DNA from: a bacterium
GTDB taxonomy: Bacteria; Patescibacteriota; Andersenbacteria; UBA10190; CAIZMI01
NCBI GenBank assembly: GCA_030647555.1
Contig: JAUSJG010000030.1
Location: 1-55,785 of the forward strand
DNA length: 55,785 bases
Direction of reading: 5' to 3'
The translations under genes were made by a program, and so were the position numbers. The notes beneath the pieces are model-generated. The model did not search any database. It had not been told where the DNA came from and saw only the letters and a program-made list of their open reading frames with translations. This document shows, in pieces, positions 34,829-43,757 of this stretch (position 1 is the first letter of the stretch; the number at the start of each line of letters is the position of its first letter).

Positions 34829-34990
34829 AATAATGACCAATGTTCAATAACCCAATGACCATTGAATAACCAATGCGTTAATGACCACTAATCGACGCGA
34901 ACACGACGATAACGACGTATAAGCGTGTAATTGGTCATTTGTCATAGTAGTCATTCAGTGGGTATTGGGAAGTGGGCATTGGTCATTTTT
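34829..34990. repeat. long imperfect palindrome built of aatgacca/tggtcatt words
   Basis: left arm aataatgaccaatgttcaataacccaatgaccattg, right arm ...gggaagtgggcattggtcatt; related word structure at 22981-23095. Confidence 0.5.
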
Positions 34991-35071
34991 AAGAACAAAA
35001 GAAACGGAATGATTGTTATTATATGACCCTATATTGCGTGTGATCCATTATTTGTTCACCGCTTTTGCTTT

Positions 35072-35090
35072 TCGTATCAATATGATACGA
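35072..35090. promoter_or_regulatory. 8-bp inverted repeat 28 nt upstream of the Fic gene ATG (operator-like)
   Basis: TCGTATCA-ATA-TGATACGA; an extra half-site TGATACG at 35105-35111. Confidence 0.35.
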
Positions 35091-35117
35091 TTAAAGTACT
35101 TAAATGATACGTAAGTA

Positions 35118-36173
35118 ATGCCCAAATTAGACACAAAACAGCAAAAAATCGTCGGTTTGTTTCTCGAAAAAGGCGAGATGCAATCTTCAGATGTTCATAA
35201 TGCACTTAGTGGTCAAGGGGAAGATATTTCGCTTGTCACTGTTAAAAGGGCTTTGTCCGAACTGGAAAGCGGTGGAATTTTAACTACTGCCGGATTGGGA
35301 CGATCGACAAGTTACAAGATTTCCTCTGTCGGAAGAGTATTCGCGGATATTGACGCGAAACAATACTGTACGATTGAACCGGACAAAAGATACGGCTTGA
35401 AACAATTCAATTTTGATTTATTACCGGCCGTGCCGACCAATATTATTTTTGAAGATGAAGTAAATAAACTCGACGAGGCGACGGTAAAGTACAAAGAAAG
35501 AATAAAAGACAGTTCCGCCGTAATTCAAAAGAAAGAACTGGAAAGATTGGTAATTGAACTGTCATGGAAATCATCAAAGCTTGAGGGAAATACCTATACT
35601 CTTTTGGACACAGAAAGACTTATTTTGGAAAACAAGAAAGCCGAGGGACACAGTAAGGATGAAGCGCAAATGATTCTTAATCATAAGGATGCTTTTAATT
35701 ATATTCATCAGAACTCGGCGCAATTTAAAACCGTGTCCCGAAAAAATATTGAAGAATTACACACAATTCTTGTAAAAGATTTAGGTGTCGGTGTGGGTTT
35801 GCGAAAAAAAGTTGTTGGCGTGACCGGTTCAATTTATCATCCATTGGATAATATCCACCAAATTTCCGAAGCGATTGAGTCGCTTGCCAATACCGTTTCG
35901 CGACTGGCAACGCCGTATGAAAAAGCACTCGTTGTGTTGCTTGGTATTAGTTATATTCAACCGTTCGAAGACGGAAATAAGAGAACCGCGCGATTGATGA
36001 CTAATGCGATATTGCTTGCTCATAAGTGCGCCCCGCTTTCCTATCGCAGTATTGACGAAAATGATTACCGTGAAGCGATGTTGGTTTTTTATGAAATAAA
36101 TTCCTTGATGCCGATTAAAAAAATATTTATTGAACAATACTTGTTTGCCGCGGAAAATTACGCGGTGAGATAA
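35118..36173 (+). CDS. wHTH + Fic-domain protein with a degenerate active-site motif
   Basis: N-terminal wHTH; inhibitory-helix-like SSKLEGN; Fic motif position reads IQPFEDGNKRTARL instead of HPFx(D/E)GNGRxxR. Confidence 0.75.
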   Translation: MPKLDTKQQKIVGLFLEKGEMQSSDVHNALSGQGEDISLVTVKRALSELESGGILTTAGLGRSTSYKISSVGRVFADIDAKQYCTIEPDKRYGLKQFNFDLLPAVPTNIIFEDEVNKLDEATVKYKERIKDSSAVIQKKELERLVIELSWKSSKLEGNTYTLLDTERLILENKKAEGHSKDEAQMILNHKDAFNYIHQNSAQFKTVSRKNIEELHTILVKDLGVGVGLRKKVVGVTGSIYHPLDNIHQISEAIESLANTVSRLATPYEKALVVLLGISYIQPFEDGNKRTARLMTNAILLAHKCAPLSYRSIDENDYREAMLVFYEINSLMPIKKIFIEQYLFAAENYAVR

Positions 36174-36184
36174 CAAGGCGAATT

Positions 36185-36237
36185 AAGGATTATCCTTTCG
36201 TTTACCCTGAGTGAAATCGAAGGGTAGGATAATCCTT
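36185..36237 (+). terminator. long stem-loop downstream of the Fic gene
   Basis: AAGGATTATCCT...AGGATAATCCTT; no clear T-run. Confidence 0.35.
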
Positions 36238-36242
36238 AATTG

Positions 36243-36282
36243 GAGATTGCCACGTCCCGCCCGTGGCGGGACTCGCAAAGAC
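36243..36282 (-). repeat. GTCTTTGCGAG-hairpin-..GCAATCTC element (variant)
   Basis: reverse complement GTCTTTGCGAGTCCCGCCACGGGCGGGACGTGGCAATCTC. Confidence 0.55.
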
Positions 36283-36335
36283 GCGCGTTTGGATCCTCGA
36301 TGTCGCTCGAGGATGATTTTGCGAACTACGCAAAA

Positions 36336-37889
36336 TCATTTCGCGATAGCTTCCGCGCGGAGTTCGCGGACGACGTTAACTTTCACGTCACCCGGGTATT
36401 CGAGTTCTTGTTCGATTTTGGCGGCGATGTCTTGGGCTAATTTGATGGCGGACAAATCATCTACTTTTTCGGGTTGCACAAACACACGTACTTCACGGCC
36501 GGCAGAGATGGCGTAAACTTTTTGCACGCCATCAAAGGCTTGCGCCAATCTTTCCAAGTCTTCCATGCGTTTCACATAGAGTTCATAGCTTTCGCGACGC
36601 GCACCGGGACGGGAGGCAGAAATGGCGTCGGCTACCTGCACGATTAACGCTTCCATTGTTTCGAACGGATAACTATCATGGTGAGCGGCGGCGGCTTTAA
36701 TGATGGCTTCCGGAATACTGAATTTCTTCATAATGTTGATGCCGATTTCAACGTGGTTTCCTTCTACTTCGTGATCAACCGCCTTACCGATGTCGTGGAG
36801 CAATGTGGCGCGTTTGGTGATATTTACGTCACCGCCCAATTCTTCGCAAAGCATCGTAGCGATTCTGGCGGCTTCCCATGAATGTTGGAGAATACTTTGG
36901 CCGTAGCTGGTGCGGAATTTGAGACGGCCGATTAGTTGGACCAAGTTTGGGTGAAAATCGGTGATACCGAGGTCGTAAACCACTTCTTCCCCGGCCTCCA
37001 TCACATTTTTAGCGATGTCTTTTTTGGCTTTTGCGACTACTTCTTCAATACGAGCGGGTTGAATACGTCCATCTTCGATCAGGCGCTCAATGGATACTTT
37101 GGCGATTTGACGACGGAGCGGTGAAAAACCGGAAACAACAATCGTGCCCGGGGTTTCATCGACCAAAATTTCACAGCCAGTAATAGTTTCCAAAACCTTG
37201 ATGTTGCGTCCTTCTTTGCCGATAATACGGCCTTTCAACGTGTCATCGGCCAAATGGACGACGGAAGTCGTTGTTTCAGAAACTTGTGAGGCGGCATAAC
37301 GTTGGACAACTTGCGCCAAAAGGTTGTTGGCGCGTTTTTCCCATTCGTCACGTCCCACTTCTTCCAATTTACGCATTCGGCGAACGAGTTCCACCTTGGT
37401 GCGTTCTTCGGCGGCAAACAAAACTTTCTTCTCCGCTTCCATTGGTGAAAGTTGGGCCACTTCTGACAGTTTTTGTTGTTCTTCGGCATAGAGTTGATCA
37501 ACAGACGCCTCTTTTTCTTGGACTGCTTTTATTTTTTCCTGCAAACGGCGGGCTTTGGCTTCCATTTCATCCAGTTTGACGGCAATGCGCTCTTCGCGTT
37601 GAATAACGCGTTCTTCCAGTTGGGCGAGGCGTTGTTTTTCTTGATGCGTGTCTTCGTCGACCCGACGGCGAATTTCGATTGCTTCCTGTTTGGCTTCCAT
37701 AACAATTTCGGCCGCTTCGTTGCGGGCCTGTTTTTCGTTTTGGGCCACCTGTTGCACACGCGGTTCATGTTGGGGTTTTACTCTTGGTTCAATGCGTTGT
37801 TTTCTTTGTTCAACCTCAAATGGTTCCTCAAATTTGCGTGGTTGCGGTTTAGGGGCTTTCCTAAAAAAACTAAATAATTTTCCAAACAT
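36336..37889 (-). CDS. rny: ribonuclease Y
   Basis: coiled-coil N-terminal part, KH domain (IIGKEGRNIKVLE), HD domain (LLHDIGKA...HH). Confidence 0.9.
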   Translation of the reverse strand: MFGKLFSFFRKAPKPQPRKFEEPFEVEQRKQRIEPRVKPQHEPRVQQVAQNEKQARNEAAEIVMEAKQEAIEIRRRVDEDTHQEKQRLAQLEERVIQREERIAVKLDEMEAKARRLQEKIKAVQEKEASVDQLYAEEQQKLSEVAQLSPMEAEKKVLFAAEERTKVELVRRMRKLEEVGRDEWEKRANNLLAQVVQRYAASQVSETTTSVVHLADDTLKGRIIGKEGRNIKVLETITGCEILVDETPGTIVVSGFSPLRRQIAKVSIERLIEDGRIQPARIEEVVAKAKKDIAKNVMEAGEEVVYDLGITDFHPNLVQLIGRLKFRTSYGQSILQHSWEAARIATMLCEELGGDVNITKRATLLHDIGKAVDHEVEGNHVEIGINIMKKFSIPEAIIKAAAAHHDSYPFETMEALIVQVADAISASRPGARRESYELYVKRMEDLERLAQAFDGVQKVYAISAGREVRVFVQPEKVDDLSAIKLAQDIAAKIEQELEYPGDVKVNVVRELRAEAIAK

Positions 37890-37954
37890 AACTTTATTAA
37901 CGAAGAGTGAGAGCCATTAGAAGCCTCTCGCAATTCCTAAAATTCCAGACAAAA

Positions 37955-38578
37955 TTAAGCAGATTTTTTAGACGTGACGATTTTATCGATAATGCCGTAG
38001 GCTTTGGCTTCGTCGGCCGACATATAATAGTCGCGATCCGTGTCTTTTTCAATCTTCTTAATAATTTGTCCGGTATGTTTTGAGAGAATGCGATTAAGAC
38101 GTTCTTTTGTGGCAAGAATATGCCGCGCGGAAATTTCAATTTCCGTGGCTTGCCCTTCCGCTCCGCCCATAACTTGGTGAATCAGTACTTCCGCGTTAGG
38201 AAGCGCGACTCTTTTACCTTTTACTCCGGCGGCCAGAAGGGTCGCGGCCATGCTCGCCGCCATGCCGACACAGATTGTCGATACATCGCACGGGATGTAT
38301 TGCATTGTGTCGTAGATGGCGAGACCAGCCGTCACGCTTCCACCGGGAGAATTGATGTAAAGGGAGATGTCTTTTTTTTCGTCTTGATTTGCTAAAAAGA
38401 TTAATTGGGCAATGATTGTATTGGCCATCGCGTCGGTAATTGCGCCACTCAAGAAAATTATTCGTTCGCGGAGGAGGCGTGAGTAAATATCGTAAGCCCG
38501 TTCGCCGAATTGGCTTTTTTCGATGACGGTGGGGATTAGATATGACACTTCTTGATTTGATTCTTCTTTATGACGCAT
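37955..38578 (-). CDS. clpP: ATP-dependent Clp protease proteolytic subunit
   Basis: [23 protein letters not shown] (active Ser), HQ..GG; start at MRHKEE (ORF track extends into the repeat, to 38626). Confidence 0.9.
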   Translation of the reverse strand: MRHKEESNQEVSYLIPTVIEKSQFGERAYDIYSRLLRERIIFLSGAITDAMANTIIAQLIFLANQDEKKDISLYINSPGGSVTAGLAIYDTMQYIPCDVSTICVGMAASMAATLLAAGVKGKRVALPNAEVLIHQVMGGAEGQATEIEISARHILATKERLNRILSKHTGQIIKKIEKDTDRDYYMSADEAKAYGIIDKIVTSKKSA

Positions 38579-38584
38579 AAGTTC

Positions 38585-38613
38585 AGTGTAGTTTGGATGA
38601 AAGAAAATATCAA
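38585..38613 (-). promoter_or_regulatory. promoter candidate giving a leaderless or near-leaderless clpP mRNA
   Basis: gene sense TTGATA - 17 nt - TACACT - GAACTT - ATG; no SD. Confidence 0.4.
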
Positions 38614-38618
38614 CACTA

Positions 38619-38744
38619 ATTTTCAATTATCAATTCCCAATTTTCAATTAATTATCAATGACTCAATTATCAATTACAACGTCGTCACTTGATAATTTAA
38701 GAATTGATCATTAATTGATAATTGATCATTGAAAATTGATAATT
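38619..38744. repeat. AT-rich long palindromic intergenic element, copy 5
   Basis: ttttcaattatcaattcccaattttcaattaattatcaatgac...ACAACGTCGTC...gatcattaattgataattgatcattgaaaattgataatt. Confidence 0.75.
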
Positions 38745-38748
38745 ATCT

Positions 38749-40035
38749 TTATATTCCCGCTAGTTTTTCTAACAACTCAAATACTTTCTTGTTTCGTAAA
38801 GTACCAACAGTGATCTCCGTCAACGCCTCAATATCGACCTGTTTTTTGGCTTCTTCGGCGCTTGGAAAACGTTGCAGAAATTTAATCATTTCTTTTTGTA
38901 CTTCGTCATCGCTAACTTCAATATTTTCAATTTTTGCAATTGAACGTAAAGTTAAACCCGATTTAATGCGTTTCATGGCTTGTTCTTTCAAACCGTCACG
39001 CATTTGTTCTTGGGTTTTTTTGATTTGCAACAGATATTGTTCCATTGTTAAGCCTATTTGAGTGATTCCCTCTTCCATTTCGGAAACCATTTTATCCAGC
39101 TCATTTTCAACGAGAAGTTCCGGAATTTCTTCGAAGGTGGTTTTTTCTACCACTTGTTCCAGTAACGCTTGTTGTAACCGTTGTGTTTCCTTATATTCTT
39201 TTTCTAACAGTATGTTTTCTTTAATTTTGACTTTCAGTTCATCGATATTCGCAAATTTACCCATTCCTTGGGCGAAATTATCGTTTATTTCCGGTAAATT
39301 CTGTTGTTGCACCGTTAAAACTTTGATTTTGAAATCAACGGTTTTGTTCTGGAGGTCCTTTTGTGGGTGATCGGCGGGAAATTTGATCGGAAATTCTTTT
39401 GTTTCGCCTTCTTTGGCACCAATAATTTGGACCTCAAATTCCGGGAATAAGTGACTGTCGCCCAAAATTACGGATTGCTTGCGCGCATTGCCGTCTTCGA
39501 GCGGGACACCATCCGCGGAAACATTAATATCGATATCTACCCGATCGCCCTTTTCGGCGACTCTCTGAACAGTGACGTAGGAAGCGCGCATTTTGCGGAG
39601 TTCTTCAATTTCAGTGTCGACTTCTTTATCTTCAACCGTCATTTGTTTTTTTGTTTCCTTGACGGATTTATATTCGCCCAGTTTAATATCGGGCAACATC
39701 GAAACAGTGGCCTCGTAGACCCAATTCTTGCCAATTTCCACTTCTTTAGCTTCAATTTCCGGACGACCGATTGCTTCAATTTCTTTATCTTCCAAAAGCG
39801 CGTCCACATAAGTTTTCGGGACGAGTTTTTGGAGGGCGGTTTCAACCAAGTGATGATCACCAATGGCGGAACGCATCACATCAAACGGGACTTGGCCGGG
39901 ACGAAAACCTTTTACGGGGTGTTTTTTTGATTCTTCTTTAGCGGCCACATCCAAAAACGGCTGGACCTCGTCCGGTTCAATTTCAATAATTAACTTGATT
40001 TTTGACTTAGGGAGTTTCTCTTTTGTGACTTTCAT
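38749..40035 (-). CDS. tig: trigger factor
   Basis: N-terminal ribosome-binding region with GFRPGQVP signature, FKBP-like middle, helical C-terminus; start at MKVTKEKL (ORF extends to 40083). Confidence 0.85.
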   Translation of the reverse strand: MKVTKEKLPKSKIKLIIEIEPDEVQPFLDVAAKEESKKHPVKGFRPGQVPFDVMRSAIGDHHLVETALQKLVPKTYVDALLEDKEIEAIGRPEIEAKEVEIGKNWVYEATVSMLPDIKLGEYKSVKETKKQMTVEDKEVDTEIEELRKMRASYVTVQRVAEKGDRVDIDINVSADGVPLEDGNARKQSVILGDSHLFPEFEVQIIGAKEGETKEFPIKFPADHPQKDLQNKTVDFKIKVLTVQQQNLPEINDNFAQGMGKFANIDELKVKIKENILLEKEYKETQRLQQALLEQVVEKTTFEEIPELLVENELDKMVSEMEEGITQIGLTMEQYLLQIKKTQEQMRDGLKEQAMKRIKSGLTLRSIAKIENIEVSDDEVQKEMIKFLQRFPSAEEAKKQVDIEALTEITVGTLRNKKVFELLEKLAGI

Positions 40036-40036
40036 A

Positions 40037-40180
40037 CCCAGTATATCAACCCGCCAATGCAAACATTTTCGGAATGTTTGCAAAAAACAGTGTTTATTAC
40101 GTGTAAAAATTTCATTTGAATGATTTAGTTTGAATAATTCTTATATTAACCATGTCAAAGTGGCGGGTTGTATTACTGGG
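40037..40180. repeat. inverted-repeat element abutting the start codon (copy 2)
   Basis: CCCAGTATATCAACCCGCCA ... TGGCGGGTTGTATTACTGGG. Confidence 0.65.
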
Positions 40181-40302
40181 CATAGTCGCTTGAGAATACA
40201 ATATGAGCGCGATCTTGTCTAGGAAAAGGCTGAAAAGAGGGTGGAGTATCCCCCGTCGCTCTGATGAGCTATGGGGGATTATTGTTCTTTTTTAAGAACA
40301 AT

Positions 40303-40328
40303 AAAAAACCGCGGATGAGTTTCCGCGG
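40303..40328 (-). terminator. intrinsic terminator for 40349-40804
   Basis: CCGCGGATGAGTTTCCGCGG with an A-run on the plus strand. Confidence 0.6.
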
Positions 40329-40348
40329 TGGTGGGTAATTTTGTTGCC

Positions 40349-40804
40349 CTAGGACTCTCGTCCGAATGGTCTTAGATCCTTGAGCTTCATTTGCATAATT
40401 CCACTCGTTCCTTTGAAAAAGACGTCAATAATATCGCTGGTGCGGCCGCCTTGTCCTGGCATCGAAAACTTGATGACATATCCAACTGTTCCATCCATTA
40501 CGCCAATACGACCGTTTGCCACAACTACATCGCCTAATTCAAGATTAAACCCCACGGATTTTAGCGCGATAATTTTGTCGCCAGCGAACGTTAGTTCCAA
40601 GTCTCTACTTCTGATCGCAACTTTATGTGTCAGAGAGGCTTCGTGCTGAATTAGTAGCGCCAAGTCATGAAGAAGCTCGCAGTCTTCGATAGCATCCTTA
40701 ATGTTGTCATCGTTGCCACCGAGCGCGGCCACTTCAGGAAGCAGAGCGGAATAGAGGCGGAAAGCGCATGTCATGGGATGTTCTGTCTGTGTATTCTCGG
40801 TCAT
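40349..40804 (-). CDS. hypothetical protein
   Basis: start at MTENTQ with AAGAGGA SD (ORF track extends to 40873). Confidence 0.55.
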   Translation of the reverse strand: MTENTQTEHPMTCAFRLYSALLPEVAALGGNDDNIKDAIEDCELLHDLALLIQHEASLTHKVAIRSRDLELTFAGDKIIALKSVGFNLELGDVVVANGRIGVMDGTVGYVIKFSMPGQGGRTSDIIDVFFKGTSGIMQMKLKDLRPFGRES

Positions 40805-40938
40805 TGTGAGATCCTCTTGTACGGTCACTGAACTTGTTTTGAAACGAACGCGCGCTAAACATATATTAAACACTAAATAATGTCAATAAAAAACAGCGAC
40901 TTAATCGTATTATGTTGATGTTTTTTGCTAATTTTCGC

Positions 40939-41277
40939 TTAATATCCCAGTTTCACGCCCACTTTTTCAGCGAGTTCGTGGATCCACCGTTCGTGGCGGT
41001 CTGATTTGCGCGAGGTCATTATCATTTCTTGGAAATATTTATCGGACTTGGCAGAATAAGCATCAACAGCATCCAGTAGTTCACTAACGTCTTTCTTATC
41101 GGCCTTGTTTTCCTGAAGATCGTCTATTTTTGCTTCAACACTTATAAGTCTCTGGTCAAGGGTATTGAAGTGTTTATCATTGGAAACAAAATGCTTGTCA
41201 ATGTCGGCAAAACGTTCGTCAATCTTATTGAATTTTTTATCTAGATATTCAACTAATTCGGAATAATCTTCGCTCAT
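40939..41277 (-). CDS. hypothetical coiled-coil protein
   Basis: 112 aa, heptad-like, repeated DKHF / DERF words. Confidence 0.5.
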   Translation of the reverse strand: MSEDYSELVEYLDKKFNKIDERFADIDKHFVSNDKHFNTLDQRLISVEAKIDDLQENKADKKDVSELLDAVDAYSAKSDKYFQEMIMTSRKSDRHERWIHELAEKVGVKLGY

Positions 41278-41455
41278 TGCTACATTATATTCCTTCCCAA
41301 ATACTTGTCTAATTTATTACCAAAACCGCTCGGCGGGTGGTTGGTAAAAATCGTTTTTCATCGAATTGCCATTAAAGTTTCTGTCAAATTGCCTACTTGA
41401 AAAATACGGCATTGTGCCGTAAAATTGAATACATATTTATAAATATATTAAAAAT

Positions 41456-42676
41456 ATGAGTAGCGAACAGAAATCTTTTAGTTCGAATTTTATTGAAGAT
41501 CCGAAGGAGGGTGTTGAAGCAAGTAATACTGATCCAAACAAGGAAATGTCGGATCAAGAAAAGATGGTTAGTGAATACCAGGAATACCGAAACAAATTGG
41601 CCAATGAAATTTTGTCTGTATCAAAAGGGGAAAGAAAATGTGTTCTTGAAGATGCTAAAAAATTACGGCAGTATTGGGAGGCATCGCTATTCAAAATAGA
41701 ACAACGGCGAGTCCTGTATGATGAATATCCGACAGAAGAACCGATTCCCACAGTAGAGTTGGTTTCTAAATACCTTTCTGAAGAAGACCGTCCCACAGGT
41801 GAAAAGATTGTTTTTGAGGTTGATGATCGAGATGTTTATAACATTTCGGCGCCGGTTAGAGTTGGTGATAAACAATACATTGTTGGCAGGATGGAAAAGC
41901 GGTCGGAATGGGCTAAATCGCAAGTAGCGTTTTTTGCGGAAAATGAAGCAGATGGCGTTTGGGAAAAAGACCCCAGTTTGCCTTTTTATGATTTGGAAGA
42001 TTCATTTGTCACTCGTGTCGGTGATGAAATTGTTTTTGGTGGAGTGAGAGTTTGGCAAGCGCCGAATAAGCCCGATGGGTGGGTGGATTGGCAAACCGTT
42101 TTTTACCGTGGAAAAGATTTGGAAAATATGAAAGAGTTTGCACATAGTCCGGTTGGGATGAAAGATGTTCGTCTTGCCGAATTCAGTGACGGAACCATTG
42201 GGGTTTTTACTCGACCATTAGGAGGTGTGGCCGGTCGGGGCAAAATTGGCTTTGCACATATTAATTCGCTTGAAGAGCTGACGCCGGAAAAATTGATCCG
42301 AGCGAGGGTACTAAAAGAAAAATTTATTGCGGAAGAATGGGGAGGGGTGAACGAGGTACATGTTCTTCCAGACGGAAAGGTTGGCGTAATTGGCCATATC
42401 TCTGCCTACGATAATGAAAAAAATAAACATTATTACGCGATGTCTTTTGTTTATGATCCTGAAACACATCAATCATCAAAAATAAAAATAATTGCCACAC
42501 GAGAGGATTTTCCCAAGGGAGCCGCAAAAGTTGCAAATGAAAAAGTCCCAAACGAGCTGGTAGACATTGTTTTTCCGGGCGGGATTGTTGGTTTAAACGA
42601 TGATTTTGTTACCCTTTATTGCGGATTAAGCGACACGGAAGCAGGAAGAATTAAAATAAAGAACCCATTTAAATAA
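41456..42676 (+). CDS. hypothetical protein, possibly beta-propeller glycosidase-like (DUF1861-like)
   Basis: from memory resembles DUF1861-type proteins (MKDVRL..DGTIGVFTRP, WGGVNE..LPDGKVGVIGHI); convergent with the GH130 gene. Confidence 0.35.
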   Translation: MSSEQKSFSSNFIEDPKEGVEASNTDPNKEMSDQEKMVSEYQEYRNKLANEILSVSKGERKCVLEDAKKLRQYWEASLFKIEQRRVLYDEYPTEEPIPTVELVSKYLSEEDRPTGEKIVFEVDDRDVYNISAPVRVGDKQYIVGRMEKRSEWAKSQVAFFAENEADGVWEKDPSLPFYDLEDSFVTRVGDEIVFGGVRVWQAPNKPDGWVDWQTVFYRGKDLENMKEFAHSPVGMKDVRLAEFSDGTIGVFTRPLGGVAGRGKIGFAHINSLEELTPEKLIRARVLKEKFIAEEWGGVNEVHVLPDGKVGVIGHISAYDNEKNKHYYAMSFVYDPETHQSSKIKIIATREDFPKGAAKVANEKVPNELVDIVFPGGIVGLNDDFVTLYCGLSDTEAGRIKIKNPFK

Positions 42677-42707
42677 AAAAATCTGCTGTCTTTGCACGAA
42701 AGAGAGC

Positions 42708-43661
42708 TTAAATTTTTGTAAAAATCTTGTTTAATGGTAGGATAGCACGACCAATTACTCGATCAGCCGCACCGTAATAGATCCAGAGTTCTTCGCCGCG
42801 CTTTATCGCACCGCAGGTGTAGACAACGTTGTTTACAAACCCGACTTTTTCGTAGTCGGTTTCCGGTTCAAGAATGGGGCCGGCGTGCCAAATAATTTTT
42901 GAAGGGTCTTTGTTGTCTAGAAGCATTAGGCCAAGACGATAAACATGGTCATTGCTCACGGCGTGGTAGACCATTAACCAACCTTTTTCTGTTTTGATGG
43001 GTTGTGAACCGGCACCAAATTTGAAGCCTTCCCACGCGTCCGCTTTCGGCCAGGTGACCTCTGTTGTGTTGTGCCAGTTTTTAAAGTTTTCGCTATATGA
43101 AACTTTTAGCGTTTCTCCGGTTTCTGTGTGTTCGCGATAAAACACCGCGAATTCACCATTTACTTTTTCAGGTAAAAGAAAGGCATTTTTCGCCTTGATG
43201 TCCGGAAGAATGACACCATAGTTTTGGAAGCTAATAAAATCTTTAGTGGTGCGCATGCCCACACGCACACGCCAAGGGATGTAACCAAACGAGCCACGCA
43301 CATCGGGAATGTGGCCGATTTCGTGGTAAGAGGCGCTGGTGTGGAGAATATAATAAGTGTCGTCCAGTTTTGTAATGCGTGGGTCCTCAATCCCGAGGCG
43401 TTCAAACGGATCGTTTGGATTAGTATCAATGGCCGGGTTGTCGTGTTTGGTAAAATTTATGCCGTCGGAACTTTCCGCATAACCTAAACGGGAAATGCGA
43501 AAATCATCGTAGGCCCGGTATAATAAAATAACTTTTCCATCGTATTCAGTGACGCCGGGATTAAACGTGCCGTTCCGCTCCCACCAGTGTTGGTCGGAAG
43601 TTCTGGGTTCAATGATTGGATGAGTTGGATTTCGGGTTGCTTTGATGGTATTGGTATTCAT
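42708..43661 (-). CDS. GH130-family glycoside phosphorylase/hydrolase
   Basis: FNPGV..DGKVILLYRAYD...RLGYAESSDGINF...GIEDPRITKLDDTYYILHT pattern typical of GH130. Confidence 0.7.
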   Translation of the reverse strand: MNTNTIKATRNPTHPIIEPRTSDQHWWERNGTFNPGVTEYDGKVILLYRAYDDFRISRLGYAESSDGINFTKHDNPAIDTNPNDPFERLGIEDPRITKLDDTYYILHTSASYHEIGHIPDVRGSFGYIPWRVRVGMRTTKDFISFQNYGVILPDIKAKNAFLLPEKVNGEFAVFYREHTETGETLKVSYSENFKNWHNTTEVTWPKADAWEGFKFGAGSQPIKTEKGWLMVYHAVSNDHVYRLGLMLLDNKDPSKIIWHAGPILEPETDYEKVGFVNNVVYTCGAIKRGEELWIYYGAADRVIGRAILPLNKIFTKI

Positions 43662-43675
43662 ATTTTGATTTTATC

Positions 43676-43706
43676 ACAAAAACCGCCCAGCGATTGCCGA
43701 GCGGTT
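43676..43706 (-). terminator. intrinsic terminator downstream of hppA
   Basis: AACCGC..GCGGTT stem with an A-run on the plus side. Confidence 0.55.
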
Positions 43707-43757
43707 TATTCTGAACATTAGGGATTCTCCTGCGAAAGGAAAATTCCTAATGACGGT

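Noticed and set aside
36211-36516. Plus-strand ORFs 36211-36516 and 36240-36440 between the Fic gene and rny
   Set aside because: They run through a series of intergenic hairpins (36243-36335) and into the antisense of the rny 3' end, with no SD or motif.
40249-40278. CUGAUGAG inside a hairpin, considered as a hammerhead ribozyme core
   Set aside because: There is no matching GAAA / cleavage-site triplet and no three-stem junction. The same CC-GTCGCT..AGCTATGG word recurs at 20525-20553 and 13418-13444 without the CUGAUGA box.
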